From Callorhinchus milii (taxonomy: Eukaryota): 64,000 nt of DNA. Location of the stretch: assembly GCF_018977255.1 (NCBI RefSeq), contig NW_024704742.1, forward strand, positions 17,238,001-17,302,000, written 5' to 3'. A program made the position numbers and the translations under genes. Under the pieces are notes generated by a model. The model was not told the DNA's origin. It ran no database searches and worked only from the letters and a program-made list of their open reading frames with translations. Below, piece by piece: positions 39,406-51,800 of this stretch (positions are counted from its first letter, which is position 1; each line of letters opens with the position of its first letter).

Positions 39406-40107
39406 TATCATAATACTGCATTTGATTTTAGATTTTTTGCACTTTACAGTGAATTCAGTGAAGCACTCTGAGACGTTCTCCTAATGTGAAAGATGCAAGA
39501 ATTATCACTGTTACTATTCTGAAATATTTCACCCACAAAATATATCAATTCACTTTACAGTATATTCTCAAAGACGTGGTAAGGAACTATATCAAATGCA
39601 ATTATTATTATTATATCTATCATTCTCTAAGGGAGATTGATGAATCATACAAACATTTCTCTAGCCCAGAGTCTAAAGTTCTGAGAAAATAATCCTTGCA
39701 ATTGATGTAGCAGGTCAGGAGGACATTTCAAAGCACTTCACAGAATTCACTGTAAAATGTAGTGACTATCTATTTTGCAGATGAAACCCAGCAGCCACTT
39801 TGAACACAGCAATGCCCCCAAAACAGCAATGAAGTGAATGAACAATCTTATCTGGTGTTTCTTAGCCAGGAAACTAGGAGAAAGTCCCTTCTCTTGTCAA
39901 ACAGTGCCATACGATCTTTAATAATTACCTGAACAAGGAAAAAGGGACATCAGTTTAAGGTCTCATCCAAAGGATGGCACCTCCAACAAGGCAACTCCCC
40001 CAGGGTTACACTGAAGTGTCAGCCTAGACTGTGAGCATAATGTCCTAACATATAACCGGCTGACTCAGAGATCAGAGTGCTACCAATTAAGCCAAGCGGA
40101 TACTGAT

Positions 40108-40482
40108 TTGAGGTTTTTAAAATAATAAAGGGATTCGATGGGGTAGATACAGAGAAACTATTCCCTCTGGTGGGGGAATCCAGAACAAGGGGGCATAATC
40201 TTAAAGTTAGAGCTAAGCCATTTAGGAGTGAAATTCAGAGACAATTTTTCACCCAAAGGGTAGTGGAAATCTGGAACTCTCTACCCCAAAAGGCTTTGGA
40301 TGCTGGATCCATTCACATCTTCAAGACTGAGGTGGATAGATATTTGTTAGGTCAGGTTATTAAGGAATATGGGGCGAGCACCGGTAATTAGACTTGAGGT
40401 ACAGATCAGCCATGATCTTATAGAATGGCGGAACAGGCTCGAGGGGCTGAATGGCCTACACCCATTTCTAGGTTTCTATGAT
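40108..40482 (+). mobile_element. CR1 LINE 3' end
   Basis: GESRTRGHNLKVRAKPFRSEIQRQFFTQRVVEIWNSLP; 3' UTR GGGGCTGAATGGCCTAC. Confidence 0.9.
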
Positions 40483-40699
40483 ACCTGAGTAAGGATGATA
40501 GAACAAGGCATAAAAGCAAAGAGTAATATACAAGAAGGAAACGCAAATAAAAATAAAATAAGCTGGATACTGGATCAGTAGCAGTCAAATGCAAGCTCAA
40601 TAACAACAAGGGGTCAGATTAATTTCTCAAACTTCCATCCAGAAAATAGCACAAAATTCATGTTTGACAATTCATTTCTCCCCGCCACCACCATATCAT

Positions 40700-41112
40700 A
40701 AACAACGACAACAACAACTTGGATTTATATAGAGCCCTCCACGCCGGACGGCTTCTCAGAGCGCTTTACAGTAACGGATCCCGGGACCAAGCCAGGGGGA
40801 GAGGGAGGAAGGTGACCAAAGGCGCGGTCGAAAAGAAAGGTCTTCAGTAGAGACCTGAAAATGGGAAGGGAGGGAGCGAGACGAAGGGAGTGAGGAAGGC
40901 AGTTCCAGAGCCTCGGGGCATAGTGGCTGAAGGCACGGCCGCCGAGGGTGGAGCAGAGGACTCGGGGGATAATGAGGAGGTCAGACCCAGAGGAACAGAG
41001 GCAACAGGTACTGTTTTGAGGAGAGAGGAGGTCAGAAAGGTAGGGGGGTGCAGAGGAGTGCAGGGATTTGAATACAAGGGTGAGGATCTTGAAATCGATC
41101 CTCTCTGGGAAT
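40700..41112 (-). mobile_element. L2 3' fragment, second subfamily
   Basis: Minus strand encodes RIDFKILTLVFKSLHS; 3' end with (TTG)n. Confidence 0.8.
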
Positions 41113-43074
41113 TACATGAAACCTTTCGTGTCATATTCCATGTTGGCAAATGTATTGTTCAGAATGGTGTAGTTTCCCCAATGTTTGGGACGAGATATAA
41201 TTTGCTGGTTGGGTTGAACGTGTGCAAATGAAAGTGTAAAAGAGGGAATTGAAGTATCCTTAATGTTGAAATTAAACAATGAATAGGATTATAGAAATGG
41301 TATTATTATTAAGGAATATTGTAGGTCTGATTCTAGAATCCTTTCCATTGGTGGTTTATTCCATAATAAAGGGCCCATTTAATTCCTGTTTTTACACATG
41401 CATTTTGCACATAATTAACACAATATGTAAACTAGACCTCAAATAATGTATCACTAAAATAGTTTCACTAATACAGTCAGTACTTTGTACCATGAATACA
41501 ATATCTCTCCAATATGATTAAAAATGAGCATTTAGCAGTCTTTAAGCAATTAAGATTCCCAATAACATTTTACAAAATTTTAATTAATTTCTGAATGGGC
41601 TTTCAATATTTGAGCTGTCGAATTCTAGACAAATGTTTCCCAGTGGTTTTGCGATCATAAAGCCCTTGACTGGTTGTTAAAACTAATACTACAGAAATAA
41701 TCTCCATCGTCCCACATACACTACAAGTGTACTAGGCCACATTTCTAAATATATTTCTAAATAAATATCCTGGTCAACAAACCCCCAGATAAAATTGGGC
41801 ATTCATTTCATTTGTGTGTTTGTGGAACATTGCTGTGGAGAAACTGGCTGCCATATTCACCTACAAAACACAGAGATACTAACTTAATCATGTGAAGCAT
41901 TTTGGGACATTTGACAATGTGTTGTGGTGCTTTATAAAATGTGAAGATTATTGTTATTATAAATGCAGGCTCTATCTTGGCAAGAAAAAGGTCAGTCTGA
42001 GCACCAGTACTTGTGCAGGAGCACATGAACCAGCAAGCAGTCAGGGAAACATTTTTTTAGAAACTCAAAAGTATTGATCAGCAAGATGTAGCATCATAAA
42101 TGCTCCAAGCCTTCCTAATTAATCTCTGTACGCCAATTTAAACAAGCCGAGAGGCCTTACATACATCTTCCTTAGCTTCTCGAGCAACACTGCAAAGCTG
42201 AATGTCCCTCTATGGAGATCATTAATGTAAAGCAGACAACAACCCCCATTGAATAATAATGGGTACCGCGCAGCTTGGAGAATAAAGGATCCATGTGTTT
42301 CTTTTCAGACTTCATTAGTAAAATTCATCATTTCTGAAAAGTCAGACTTCCTTTTCCAGAAAGGTACCTCTGGCTTCTGCTCTTAAAGGAATTTTCCACA
42401 TAGCTACAGATTTCTGTGCCGTTAACAGCCACAGTGTTGAGCGATGTGAATGAACCCTTGGACTCAAGGTAATATGACATTATTTATCATATCACAAACA
42501 CATTTTATTCAAACAAGCACCCTGTGTAATGGCTACATAATTCCGGGGAAATCAACAGGATCATAGACACAGATGTCAAGATATCGCCAGCAAAGGAGCC
42601 TGAATTTCATACATATTGTTTTTCTGATTGTCCTTTCCTCTAAACGGCCCCCCTCAACCCTGAATTTTTTTTTATTGAAACCCATATTATTTTTGATGAG
42701 GAAACATGCAATCATTTAGGGACATTTCCATACAAAGAAATTAAGAAAGTCTTAAATCGCAGAAGTCTGATTCAGAATTTAATCTGGAATGATCATGTTC
42801 TTATTTTATGAATTGAATGTACATTTTCAATCCACGACTATTTGTGGGACACTGCTGTGCGCAATTGCCCACAAATATACTGTCAATTCACTTTACAGTC
42901 TATTCTGTGAAGCGCTTTGAGATGTCGAGAAGACGTGAAAAGCGCTAAATCAAATGCAAGATTATTATCTTACAGTCGGTAGTTAAATTGTAAAATAATA
43001 ATCCATGCATTTGATACAGCATCTTATAACGTCAAAATATCTCAAAGAACTTAGTATTAATTATAGTAATCCTC

Positions 43075-43470
43075 AAAACACAAAACACTGCAGATGCTGG
43101 AAATCTGAAACAAAAACAGAGAGAGCTGGGAAAACAGCATCTATGGAGAAAAGAAAGTGAGTCAACATTTCGGGTCCACGACCCTTCGCGTTGGGGCATG
43201 TTGGGAGGAGAGGTTTTTAGGGACAAGTTGAGAGGGGGAGGCAGAACAAGGAAGACAAAAAAGACAAAGGAGAGAATGTGTTAGTTGATGGGTTAAAAAT
43301 GTAAAAGTGGTGTAAAACAAAAGGGGGGGTGGATTGAAACAAAAATGGGGAGAAGAGGTGTTAATGGAGCAAAACACGCAACATGCCAGAGACAAAAAGT
43401 GTCTGAGATGATGATTGTAATGATAACAGAAGATAACTCTTCCGGTAACAGAAAAAGGGGGAGGGGAGAG
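43075..43470 (-). mobile_element. Penelope-like element fragment
   Basis: Same terminal sequence (AAAACACAAAACACTGCAGATGCTGG...) and a partial hammerhead CGAAGGGTCGTGGACCCGAAATGTTGACT on the minus strand at 43160-43188; right boundary uncertain. Confidence 0.65.
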
Positions 43471-44606
43471 GTGAGATAATAATCCTGACATTTGATATCA
43501 CGCCTTTCACATCAGGAAGACATCTCAACACTCTTTACAGGACATTCTGTAAAGTGTAGTGACTATGTACTTTGCAGGCAAAAAAATTGCAGTTAATTTG
43601 TGCACTGCAATGTCCTACAAACAGCCATTAAGTGAATGACCAATTTTATCTGGGGGATTCTTGGCCAAGAGACGAGGAGAAACTTCCTTCGCTTTTCAAA
43701 TAATGCACCAGATCTTTAGCGTCCACCTGAACAGACAAATTAAATAATTTGCAAAGCTAAGCTGTGTCTAGGGCAGAGTGGATATTGTGAAAGGCTGCAC
43801 CATACAATACTATGACCTTCAATGGCATTTTACACACATCTTACATTGTTCTCCATTTCCAGCTGTACAGATAAGCCTTTTCCCCATTGAATGAGTCTAG
43901 GCTTTCCTCGGAAATGCTGCTACATGTTTTTTTCAATGTGTATCTAAGATAACCATTTCTTTTCAAGCTTGAGGCAGCACATATTATTCATGATAATTGT
44001 AAATGCATAAGGCATACTGTTGTTCAGAATTTAAAAAAGTGTTCAACTGAGATGGTTCTATATAAAGTGTTAATCCATATCCCCTCAGTTTGCTATTTCC
44101 TCATAACCAGGACATAATGTATGAAATGGTGCTCGTGAGCATTTGCCTCTTCCTCTTTCCCTCCCTCCTCAAAGAGGACATTTTGCTACGTGCAAAATCT
44201 CGTCACGCAAAAACAAAGTGGTTGGCTACAGATATCAAAATAGTTAGGGGGTAAGAATGCAGAAACATTTAACAACAATGATCTGAAAAGAAATCAGCAT
44301 GGGAAGAATCAACAGGGAGGGACCCTTGCAAAAATAACAGCCACAACCCAAATCAAAGTCAGCTGTGGATATCTGGAAAAGAATTCGTTGGGAATGATCA
44401 TATAATATAGTTTCCACCGTTAGGTAGACTCCGGGGCAAAGTGAGGGGGTGGGGGGGGGTTAGGAGCGATGTGTACAGACAAGAGCACAGTGCTACACTG
44501 CTAATGGATGCAGGTTACACCAGACCCAGACAAGACAGCAGCGGTGTGCAAGGACTGCACTGCTGATATATGTAACATTAGTCAAACCCAATGGTTTTCT
44601 GCCCCT

Positions 44607-44607
<1 letters not shown>

Positions 44608-44643
<36 letters not shown>
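44608..44643. repeat. (TAT)n microsatellite
   Basis: About 12 perfect units. Confidence 0.9.
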
Positions 44644-45261
44644 CATTGTAGGATTAGAAAACACATGGAAGCCGCTTGGTACAACCTTATCAACCATTGC
44701 CAGACAGGGCTGTGGTATCTGTTGATGTTAATGTTTAAACCCCAGGAAGAACAATGATGTAAAACATTCCCAGTAAATATTTACAATCGCTCTATTTTTT
44801 GTCAAATAAACACATTTGTAATGTAAACATGACGAGTGGGCATTTGCGGCTGCAAATGTGAGCTGTGAGGAGGAACTGTTCTCTGGAGAAACCGCTGAAA
44901 AAAAAACAATGGGAAGAAACAGCGGCTGAAATATGATTTTCACCATCTTCTCCTGTGGCTTGATCGGCATTTAACAACAACAAATTACATGTCTATGGCA
45001 CATTTCACGTCGGAACGACGTCCACAGGCGCTGGACAGTCAAGCGATTTGCAATGTATTCCATCGATCTGCATTTTAACCCATGAAATCAACACAGGGGT
45101 TGCATTTATCCAGTAAGTGGCCTGGTTTGGTTGATCGACAGCCAGGTTTAATGGGGCTGCTCTTGGGGAAGAAAAAAATTGGGAATTTGGACCAGGAAGT
45201 GTGTGAGTGTGGGGGTGGGCAATGCTTCACTGCCATCCTTTCTCTCCATCACCAGCAGCAA

Positions 45262-46325
45262 AGTGAGTGAGTGAATAAGTGAGGGAGGGAGTGGGCGAGT
45301 CAGTGAATGAGTGAGGGAGGTAGTGAGTGAGGGAGGGAGGGAGGCAGAGGGAGGGAGACAGAGGGAGGGAGGGAGGCAGAGGGAGGGAGGGAGGCAGTGA
45401 GGGAGGGAGGGAGGCAGTGAGGGAGGGAGTGAGTGAGTGAGGCAGTGAGGGAGTGAGGCAGTGAGGGATTGAGGCAGTGAGGGAGTGAGGCAGGGAGTGA
45501 GGCAGGGAGTGAGGCAGTGAGGCAGGGAGTGAGGCAGTGAGGGAGGCAGGGAGTGAGGGAGGCAGCGAGGCAGTGAGGGAGGCAGTGAGGCAGGGAGTGA
45601 GGCAGGGAGTGAGGCAGTGAGGCAGGGAGTGAGGCAGTGAGGGAGTGAGGCAGTGAGGGAGTGAGGCAGGGAGTGAGTCAGTGAGGCAGGGAGTGAGGCA
45701 GTGAGGCAGTGAGGTAGTGAGGCAGGGAGTGAGGCAGTGAGGGAGTGAGGCAGTGAGGGAGTGAGGCAGGGAGTGAGGGAGTGAGTGAGGCAGTGAGGGA
45801 GTGAGGCAGTGAGGGATTGAGGCAGTGAGGGAGTGAGGCAGGGAGTGAGGCAGGGAGTGAGGCAGTGAGGGAGGCAGGGAGTGAGGCAGGGAGTGAGGCA
45901 GTGAGGGAGGCAGTGAGGCAGGGAGTGAGGCAGGGAGTGAGGGAGTGAGGCAGTGAGGGAGTGAGGCAGGGAGTGAGTCAGTGAGGCAGGGAGTGAGGCA
46001 GTGAGTGAGGCAGGGAGTGAGGCAGGGAGTGAGGCAGTGAGGCAGTGAGGGAGTGAGGCAGTGAGTCAGGGAGTGAGGCAGTGAGGGAGGGAGGCAGTGA
46101 GGGAGGGAGGCAGTGAGGGAGGGAGGCAGGGAGGGAGGGAGGCAGGGAGTGAGGCAGGGAGTGAGGCAGTGAGGCAGTGAGGCAGTGAGGGAGGCAGTGA
46201 GGCAGTGAGTGAGGCAGGCAGTGAGGCAGTGAGGGAGGCAGTGAGGCAGTGAGGGAGTGAGGGAGTGAGGCAGTGAGGCAGGCAGTGAGGCAGGCAGTGA
46301 GGCAGTGAGGGAGGCAGGCAGGGAG
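45262..46325. repeat. Compound tandem repeat (GAGGCAGT / GAGGCAGG / GAGT / GAGG units) at the start of CPE intron 1
   Basis: About 1.06 kb of 4-mer-based purine-rich units on the + strand, starting within ~20 nt of the exon 1 donor. Confidence 0.95.
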
Positions 46326-46342
46326 GGGCTGCCGTGCTGTAC

Positions 46343-46616
46343 CTGCTTGGTGGCTGCCCGGCTGGTCTGACATCTCGATGACCAGCAGCTCTCGCCCCTC
46401 GAAGCTCCTGCCCACCGTGTAGATGCGGCTGATGCTCGGACACTGCAGCCACACACCGACCAGCGCCTCCCGCAGCTCCGGGTAGCGGTGATACTCGAAG
46501 GGGATGGTGTCGGGGAGCGAGTCCGTCCCCGTGTTGTCGGCGGCCATGGAGACCCCACTCCAGGCAGAGGACCCCCAGAGCAGAGAGCAGCTCAGGAGGA
46601 GAAGGCTCACAGTCAT
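46343..46616 (-). CDS. CPE: Carboxypeptidase E, coding exon 1 (signal peptide and start of the M14 catalytic domain)
   Basis: ATG at 46616 (context GACATGA). Encodes [91 protein letters not shown], matching vertebrate [23 protein letters not shown]...[13 protein letters not shown]. 274 nt, phase-1 donor CAG|GTACAG. Confidence 0.96.
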
Positions 46617-46621
46617 GTCTG

Positions 46622-47440
46622 CACCACCACCACCACCACCAGCCCTGACACAGCACAGCACAGCCCTGACACTGACACTAACACAGCACAGCACTGACAC
46701 TGACACAGCACAGCACTGACACTGACACAGCACAGCACTGACACTGACACAGCACTGACACTGACACAGCACAGCACAGCACAGCACAGCACTGACACAG
46801 CACAGCACTGACACTGACACAGCACAGCACTGACACTGACACAGCACAGCACTGACACTAACACAGCACTGACACTAACACAGCACTAACACAGCACAGC
46901 CCTGACACTGACACTGACACAGCACTGACACTGACACAGCACTGACACTGACACAGCACAGCCCTGACACTGACACTGACACAGCACTGACACTGACACA
47001 GCACAGCCCTGACACTGACACAGCACTGACACTGACACAAGCACTAACACAGACAGCCCTGACACTGACACTGACACAGCACAGCACTAACACAGCCAGC
47101 CCTGACACTGACACTGACACAGCACAGCCAGCCCTGACACTAACACAGCACTGACACTAACACAGCACTAACACAGCACAGCCCTGACACTGACACTAAC
47201 ACAGCACTAACACAGCACAGCCCTGACACTGACACTAACACAGCACTAACACAGCACAGCCCTGACACTGACACTGACACAGCACAGCCCTGACACTGAC
47301 ACAGCACAGCCCTGACACTGACACAGCACTGACACTGACACAGCACAGCCCTGACACAGCACAGCCCCTGTGACACTGACACAGCACAGCCCTGACACAG
47401 CACAGCCCCTGTAACACAGCACAGCCCTGACACTGACACT
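46622..47440. repeat. Compound microsatellite (CCA)n then ACAGC / ACACTG / ACACTA units, immediately upstream of the CPE ATG
   Basis: About 800 nt of interleaved 5- and 6-mer units. Confidence 0.95.
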
Positions 47441-47603
47441 CCCTCTCCCTCTCTCCCCGCAGTCGGGGCTGAGCTGCTGTTTCACGCGATCCTCTCCTGT
47501 CGCCCCGAACAGTGCAGTGAGAGCGAGTGACAGACACCGAGTGGGGCAGCGCCGACAACTAATGTAATACTCACAGAGGAGGGGCTGTGTCACCGCCTGA
47601 CCA
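47440..47603 (-). promoter_or_regulatory. Putative CPE core promoter / start of 5' UTR
   Basis: The only unique, CpG-rich island upstream of exon 1, between two tandem arrays. AT-rich TATTACATTA about 28 nt upstream of an Inr-like CCACTC. No ATG between it and the CPE start. Confidence 0.5.
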
Positions 47604-49912
47604 GCCCCCCCCCCCCCCCCCCACACACAGCCCCCCCCCCCCCCCCACAGCCCCCCCCCCCCCCACACACCCCCCCCCCCACACAGCCCCCCCCCAACAC
47701 AGCCCCCCCCCCACACAGCCCCCCCCCACACACAGCCCCCCCACACACAGCCCCCCCCCACACAGCACCCCCCCCCACACACACACAGCCCCCCCCCCAC
47801 ACACAGCACCCCCCCCACACACACACACACACAGCGCCCCCCCCCACACACACAGCACCCCCCCCCACACACACACACACAGCGCCCCCCCCCACACAGC
47901 ACCCCCCCCCCACACACACAGCCCCCCCCCACACACAACACAGCACCCCCCCCCCACACACACACAGCACCCCCCCCACACACACACACAGCCCCCCCCC
48001 CCCACACACAGCCCCCCCCCACCACACACACACAGCCCCCCCACACACAGCCCCCCCCACACACAGCCCCCCCCCACACACACACAGCCCCCCCCCACCA
48101 CACACACAGCCCCCCCACACACACACAGCCCCCCCCAGCCCCCCCACACAGCCCCCCCCCCCCACACACACACACAGCCCCCCCACACACACAGCCCCCC
48201 ACCCACACACAGCCCCCCCCCCACACACACACACAGCCCCCCCCCCACACACACACAGCCCCCCCCACACACACCAGCCCCCCCCCACACACACACAGCC
48301 CCCCCCCCACACACACAGCCCCCCCCACACACACACACAGCCCCCCCCACACACACACAGCACCCCCCCCACACACACACACAGCCCCCCCCCCACACAC
48401 AGCCCCCCCCCCACACACACAGCCCCCCCACACACACACAGCCCCCATCACCCCACACACACACAGACCCCCCACAGCCCCCACACAGCCCCCCCCACAC
48501 ACACAGCCCCCCCCCCCCCCCACACAGCCCCCCCCCACACACACAGCCCCCCCCCACACAGCCCCCCCCACACAGCACCCCCCCCCACACAGCCCCCCCC
48601 ACACACACAGCCCCCCCCCACACAGCCCCCCCCCCACACAGCACCCCCCCCACACAGCCCCCCCCCCACACAGCACCCCCCCACACACACACAGCCCCCC
48701 CCCCCACACAGCACCCCCCCACACACACACACAGCCCCCCGCCCCCCACACACACACACAGCCCCTCACACACACACACACAGCCCCTCACACACACACA
48801 CACAGCCCCTCACACTCACACACACACACACACACAGCCCCTCACACACACATACACAGCCCCTCACACACACTCACATACAACCCCACACACACAGCTC
48901 GTCACACACACACACACACATACAGCTTCTCACACAGAAACACACACACAGCCCCTCACACACACACATACAGCCACTCACATACACACACACAGCCCCT
49001 CACACACACTCACATACAACCCCACACACACAGCTCGTCACACACACACATACAGCCCCTCACACACACACACACACATACAGCCCCCCCCACACACACA
49101 CAACCCCCCCCCCCCACACACACACACACGCAGCACCTCCCCCCCAACCACACACACACAGCACCTCCCACCCACACACACAGCACCCCCCCCACACACA
49201 CACCCCCCCCCCCACACACACACACACACAGCACCCCCCCCCCCACACACAGACACACACACACACACTCACACGCACAGCCCCTCACACACACACACAG
49301 CCCCTCACACACACAGCCCCTCACACGCACACACACACACAGCCCCTCACACACACATACACACAGCCCCTCACACACACACACACACACACACAGCCCC
49401 TCACACACACACACACAGCCCCTCACACACACACATACAGCTACTCACATACACACATACAGCCACTCACACACACTCAGCCCCTCACCACACACACACA
49501 CACACACACAAACACAACCCCTCACACACACACACATAGACACATACAGCCCCTCACACACACACATACAGCCACTCACATACACACACACAGCCCCTCT
49601 CACACACACATACAGCCACTCACATACACACATACAGCCACTCACACACATACAGCCCCTCACACACACACACACACACAACCCCTCACACACACACATA
49701 CAGCCCCTCACACACACACATACAGCCACTCACACACACATACACACACACACACATACAGCCACTCACATACACACATACAGCCACTCACACACACGCA
49801 GCCCCTCACACATACAGCCCCACACACAGCCTCCCCCCCCCCACACACCTACAGCCTCACACACACACACACATAAGCCCCACACAGCCTCCCCCCCCCC
49901 ACAAACACACAG
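47603..49912. repeat. Poly-C/(CA)n/AG compound array grading into a CA-rich array
   Basis: Units of AG-C(5-16)-(AC)n to ~48760, then AGCCCCTC(AC)n and TACAGCCACTC units. Confidence 0.95.
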
Positions 49913-51250
49913 CAACAACAAAATTACATTTATAGAGCGCCTTTCACGTTGGGAGGACGTCCCAAAGCGCTGAACAGTCAGGTGTCGGGTCCCGCACATG
50001 GGGAAGGGGTGGTGTAGAGGTGAGGGAAGGCAGAGGGGTGGGAGGGAGACCAAAGGCACGATCGAAGAGAAGAGTCTTGAGACCGGCCTTGAAGGAGGCA
50101 AGGGAGGAACCGAGGGGAAGGGACCGTGGGGTGGAGTTCCAGAGTGTGGGGGCAGAGAGGCTGAAAGCCCGGCCACCGATGGTCGGGCGGGAGACATGGA
50201 GCAGACCGGAGCCCGATGAATGGAGGGAGCGGACAGGTTGTTAGGAGTCAGCAGGTCAGAGAGGTAGGAGGGAGTAAGGCCATGGATGGCCTTAAAGGTG
50301 ATGCCGAGGATCTTGAACTCGATCCTCTGAGGGATGGGGGACCAGTGGAGTCGGGTGAGGGTGGGAGTGATGGAGTCATGGAACCTGGTGCATGAGAGTA
50401 CACGAGCTGCAGAGGTTTGGATGATCTGCAGTTTGTGAAGGGAAGAGTTGGGAATGCCGATGAGGAGGGAGTTCCCGTAATCGAGCCTTGATGTGACGAA
50501 TGCGTGGGTGAGGGTTTCGGCAGCCTGAGGGGTGAGGCAGTGACGGAGTCTGGCAATGTTGCGGAGGTGGTGGTAGGCAGTGCCGGTCATGGCGCGGATG
50601 TGGAGGAGAAAGGACAGTTCAGGGTCAAACAAGATACCCAGGTTCCTGACTGGCTTAGTGAGGTTGAGTGTGCAGCCGTGGAGGCTGATGCTGCCAGCGC
50701 CCGAGGTGCGGAGGCGCTGGCGCGAGCCAATCAGGAGGACCTCGGTCTTGCTGACGTTGAGTTGGAGAAAGTTGGCCCTCATCCAGGACTTGAGGTCAGG
50801 AGGACACCAGTAGTCCTGGAGTTGAGGGTGGATGCAGAGAGATAGAGTGGTGTGTCATCCCCATACATGTGGAAATTTACCCTATGTCTGCGGATGATGT
50901 CACCAAGATGGAGCATGTAATAATAATAATAATAATAATAATCCTTGCATTTGATATAGCGCTTTTCATGTCAGGAGGACGTCCCAAAGCGCTTCACACT
51001 GTAAAGTGAATTGACTGTATATTTGTGGGAGAACGCGGCAGCCAATTGCGCACAGCAATGTCCCACAAATAGTCGTAGATTGAAAATGACCAATTTATTA
51101 TTGTTTTTGGTTTTGGAGGGATTATTATTATGTAGAAGATGAAGAGGAGACGACCGAGGACAGAGCCCTGAGGACCAACACACGAGACAGTGCAGGGGCT
51201 GGAGGATAAGCCGTTTGTCGCGACAAAGTGGAGGCGGTGTGAAAGGTAGG
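49913..51250 (-). mobile_element. L2 LINE inserted in the CA-rich array upstream of CPE
   Basis: MRANFLQLNVSKTE...SRLDYGNSLL...LHWSPIPQRIEFK; GPQGSVLG; tail near 49913. Confidence 0.93.
50920..51129 (-). mobile_element. 5'-truncated SINE nested in the L2
   Basis: Near-identical to the 3' part of the SINE at 24038; ATGTA duplicated at 50915-50919 and 51130-51134. Confidence 0.9.
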
Positions 51251-51800
51251 ACCACAGCCCCACACACACAAACAGAGTCCCCCCCCACCCACACACATAG
51301 TCTCACACACACACACAGCCTCCCCCCATATACACACACAGTCCCCCACACACACAGCCTCCCCTCCCCCCCACACACACGCAGCCTCACTCCACACACA
51401 CACACACAGCCTCACTCGCTCACACACACACACAGCCTCACTCGCTCACACACACACAACCTCACACACATACACACACAGCCTCACTCCACACACACAC
51501 ACACACACAGCCTCACACACACACACAGCCTCACTCCACACACACACTCGCACACACAGCCTCCTGCACACACACACACACACACACACACAGCCTCCTG
51601 CACACACTCACAGCCTCACTCCACACACACATATTACATATATATTATATACAGCCTCACTCCACACACACACACACACACATATATTACATACTGCCTC
51701 ACTCCACACACACAAAGATTTACTCCACACTCAAAGCCTCACTTCGCACACACATAACCTCAATCCACGCACACAGCTCTCAATCTACACACACACAAAT
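51250..51800. repeat. Continuation of the CA-rich array beyond the inserted L2
   Basis: AGCCTCACTC(CA)n units resembling those at 49800-49912. Confidence 0.9.

Noticed and set aside
45227..46558. 443-aa ORF overlapping CPE exon 1
   Set aside because: Alternative frame running into the intron 1 repeat; low complexity, though it starts at a real out-of-frame ATG downstream of the CPE start.
47246..49539. Long ORFs of 410-650 aa rich in Gly/Val/Cys or Pro/His/Thr
   Set aside because: Translations of C/CA tandem arrays that lack stop codons; open in most frames with no domain.
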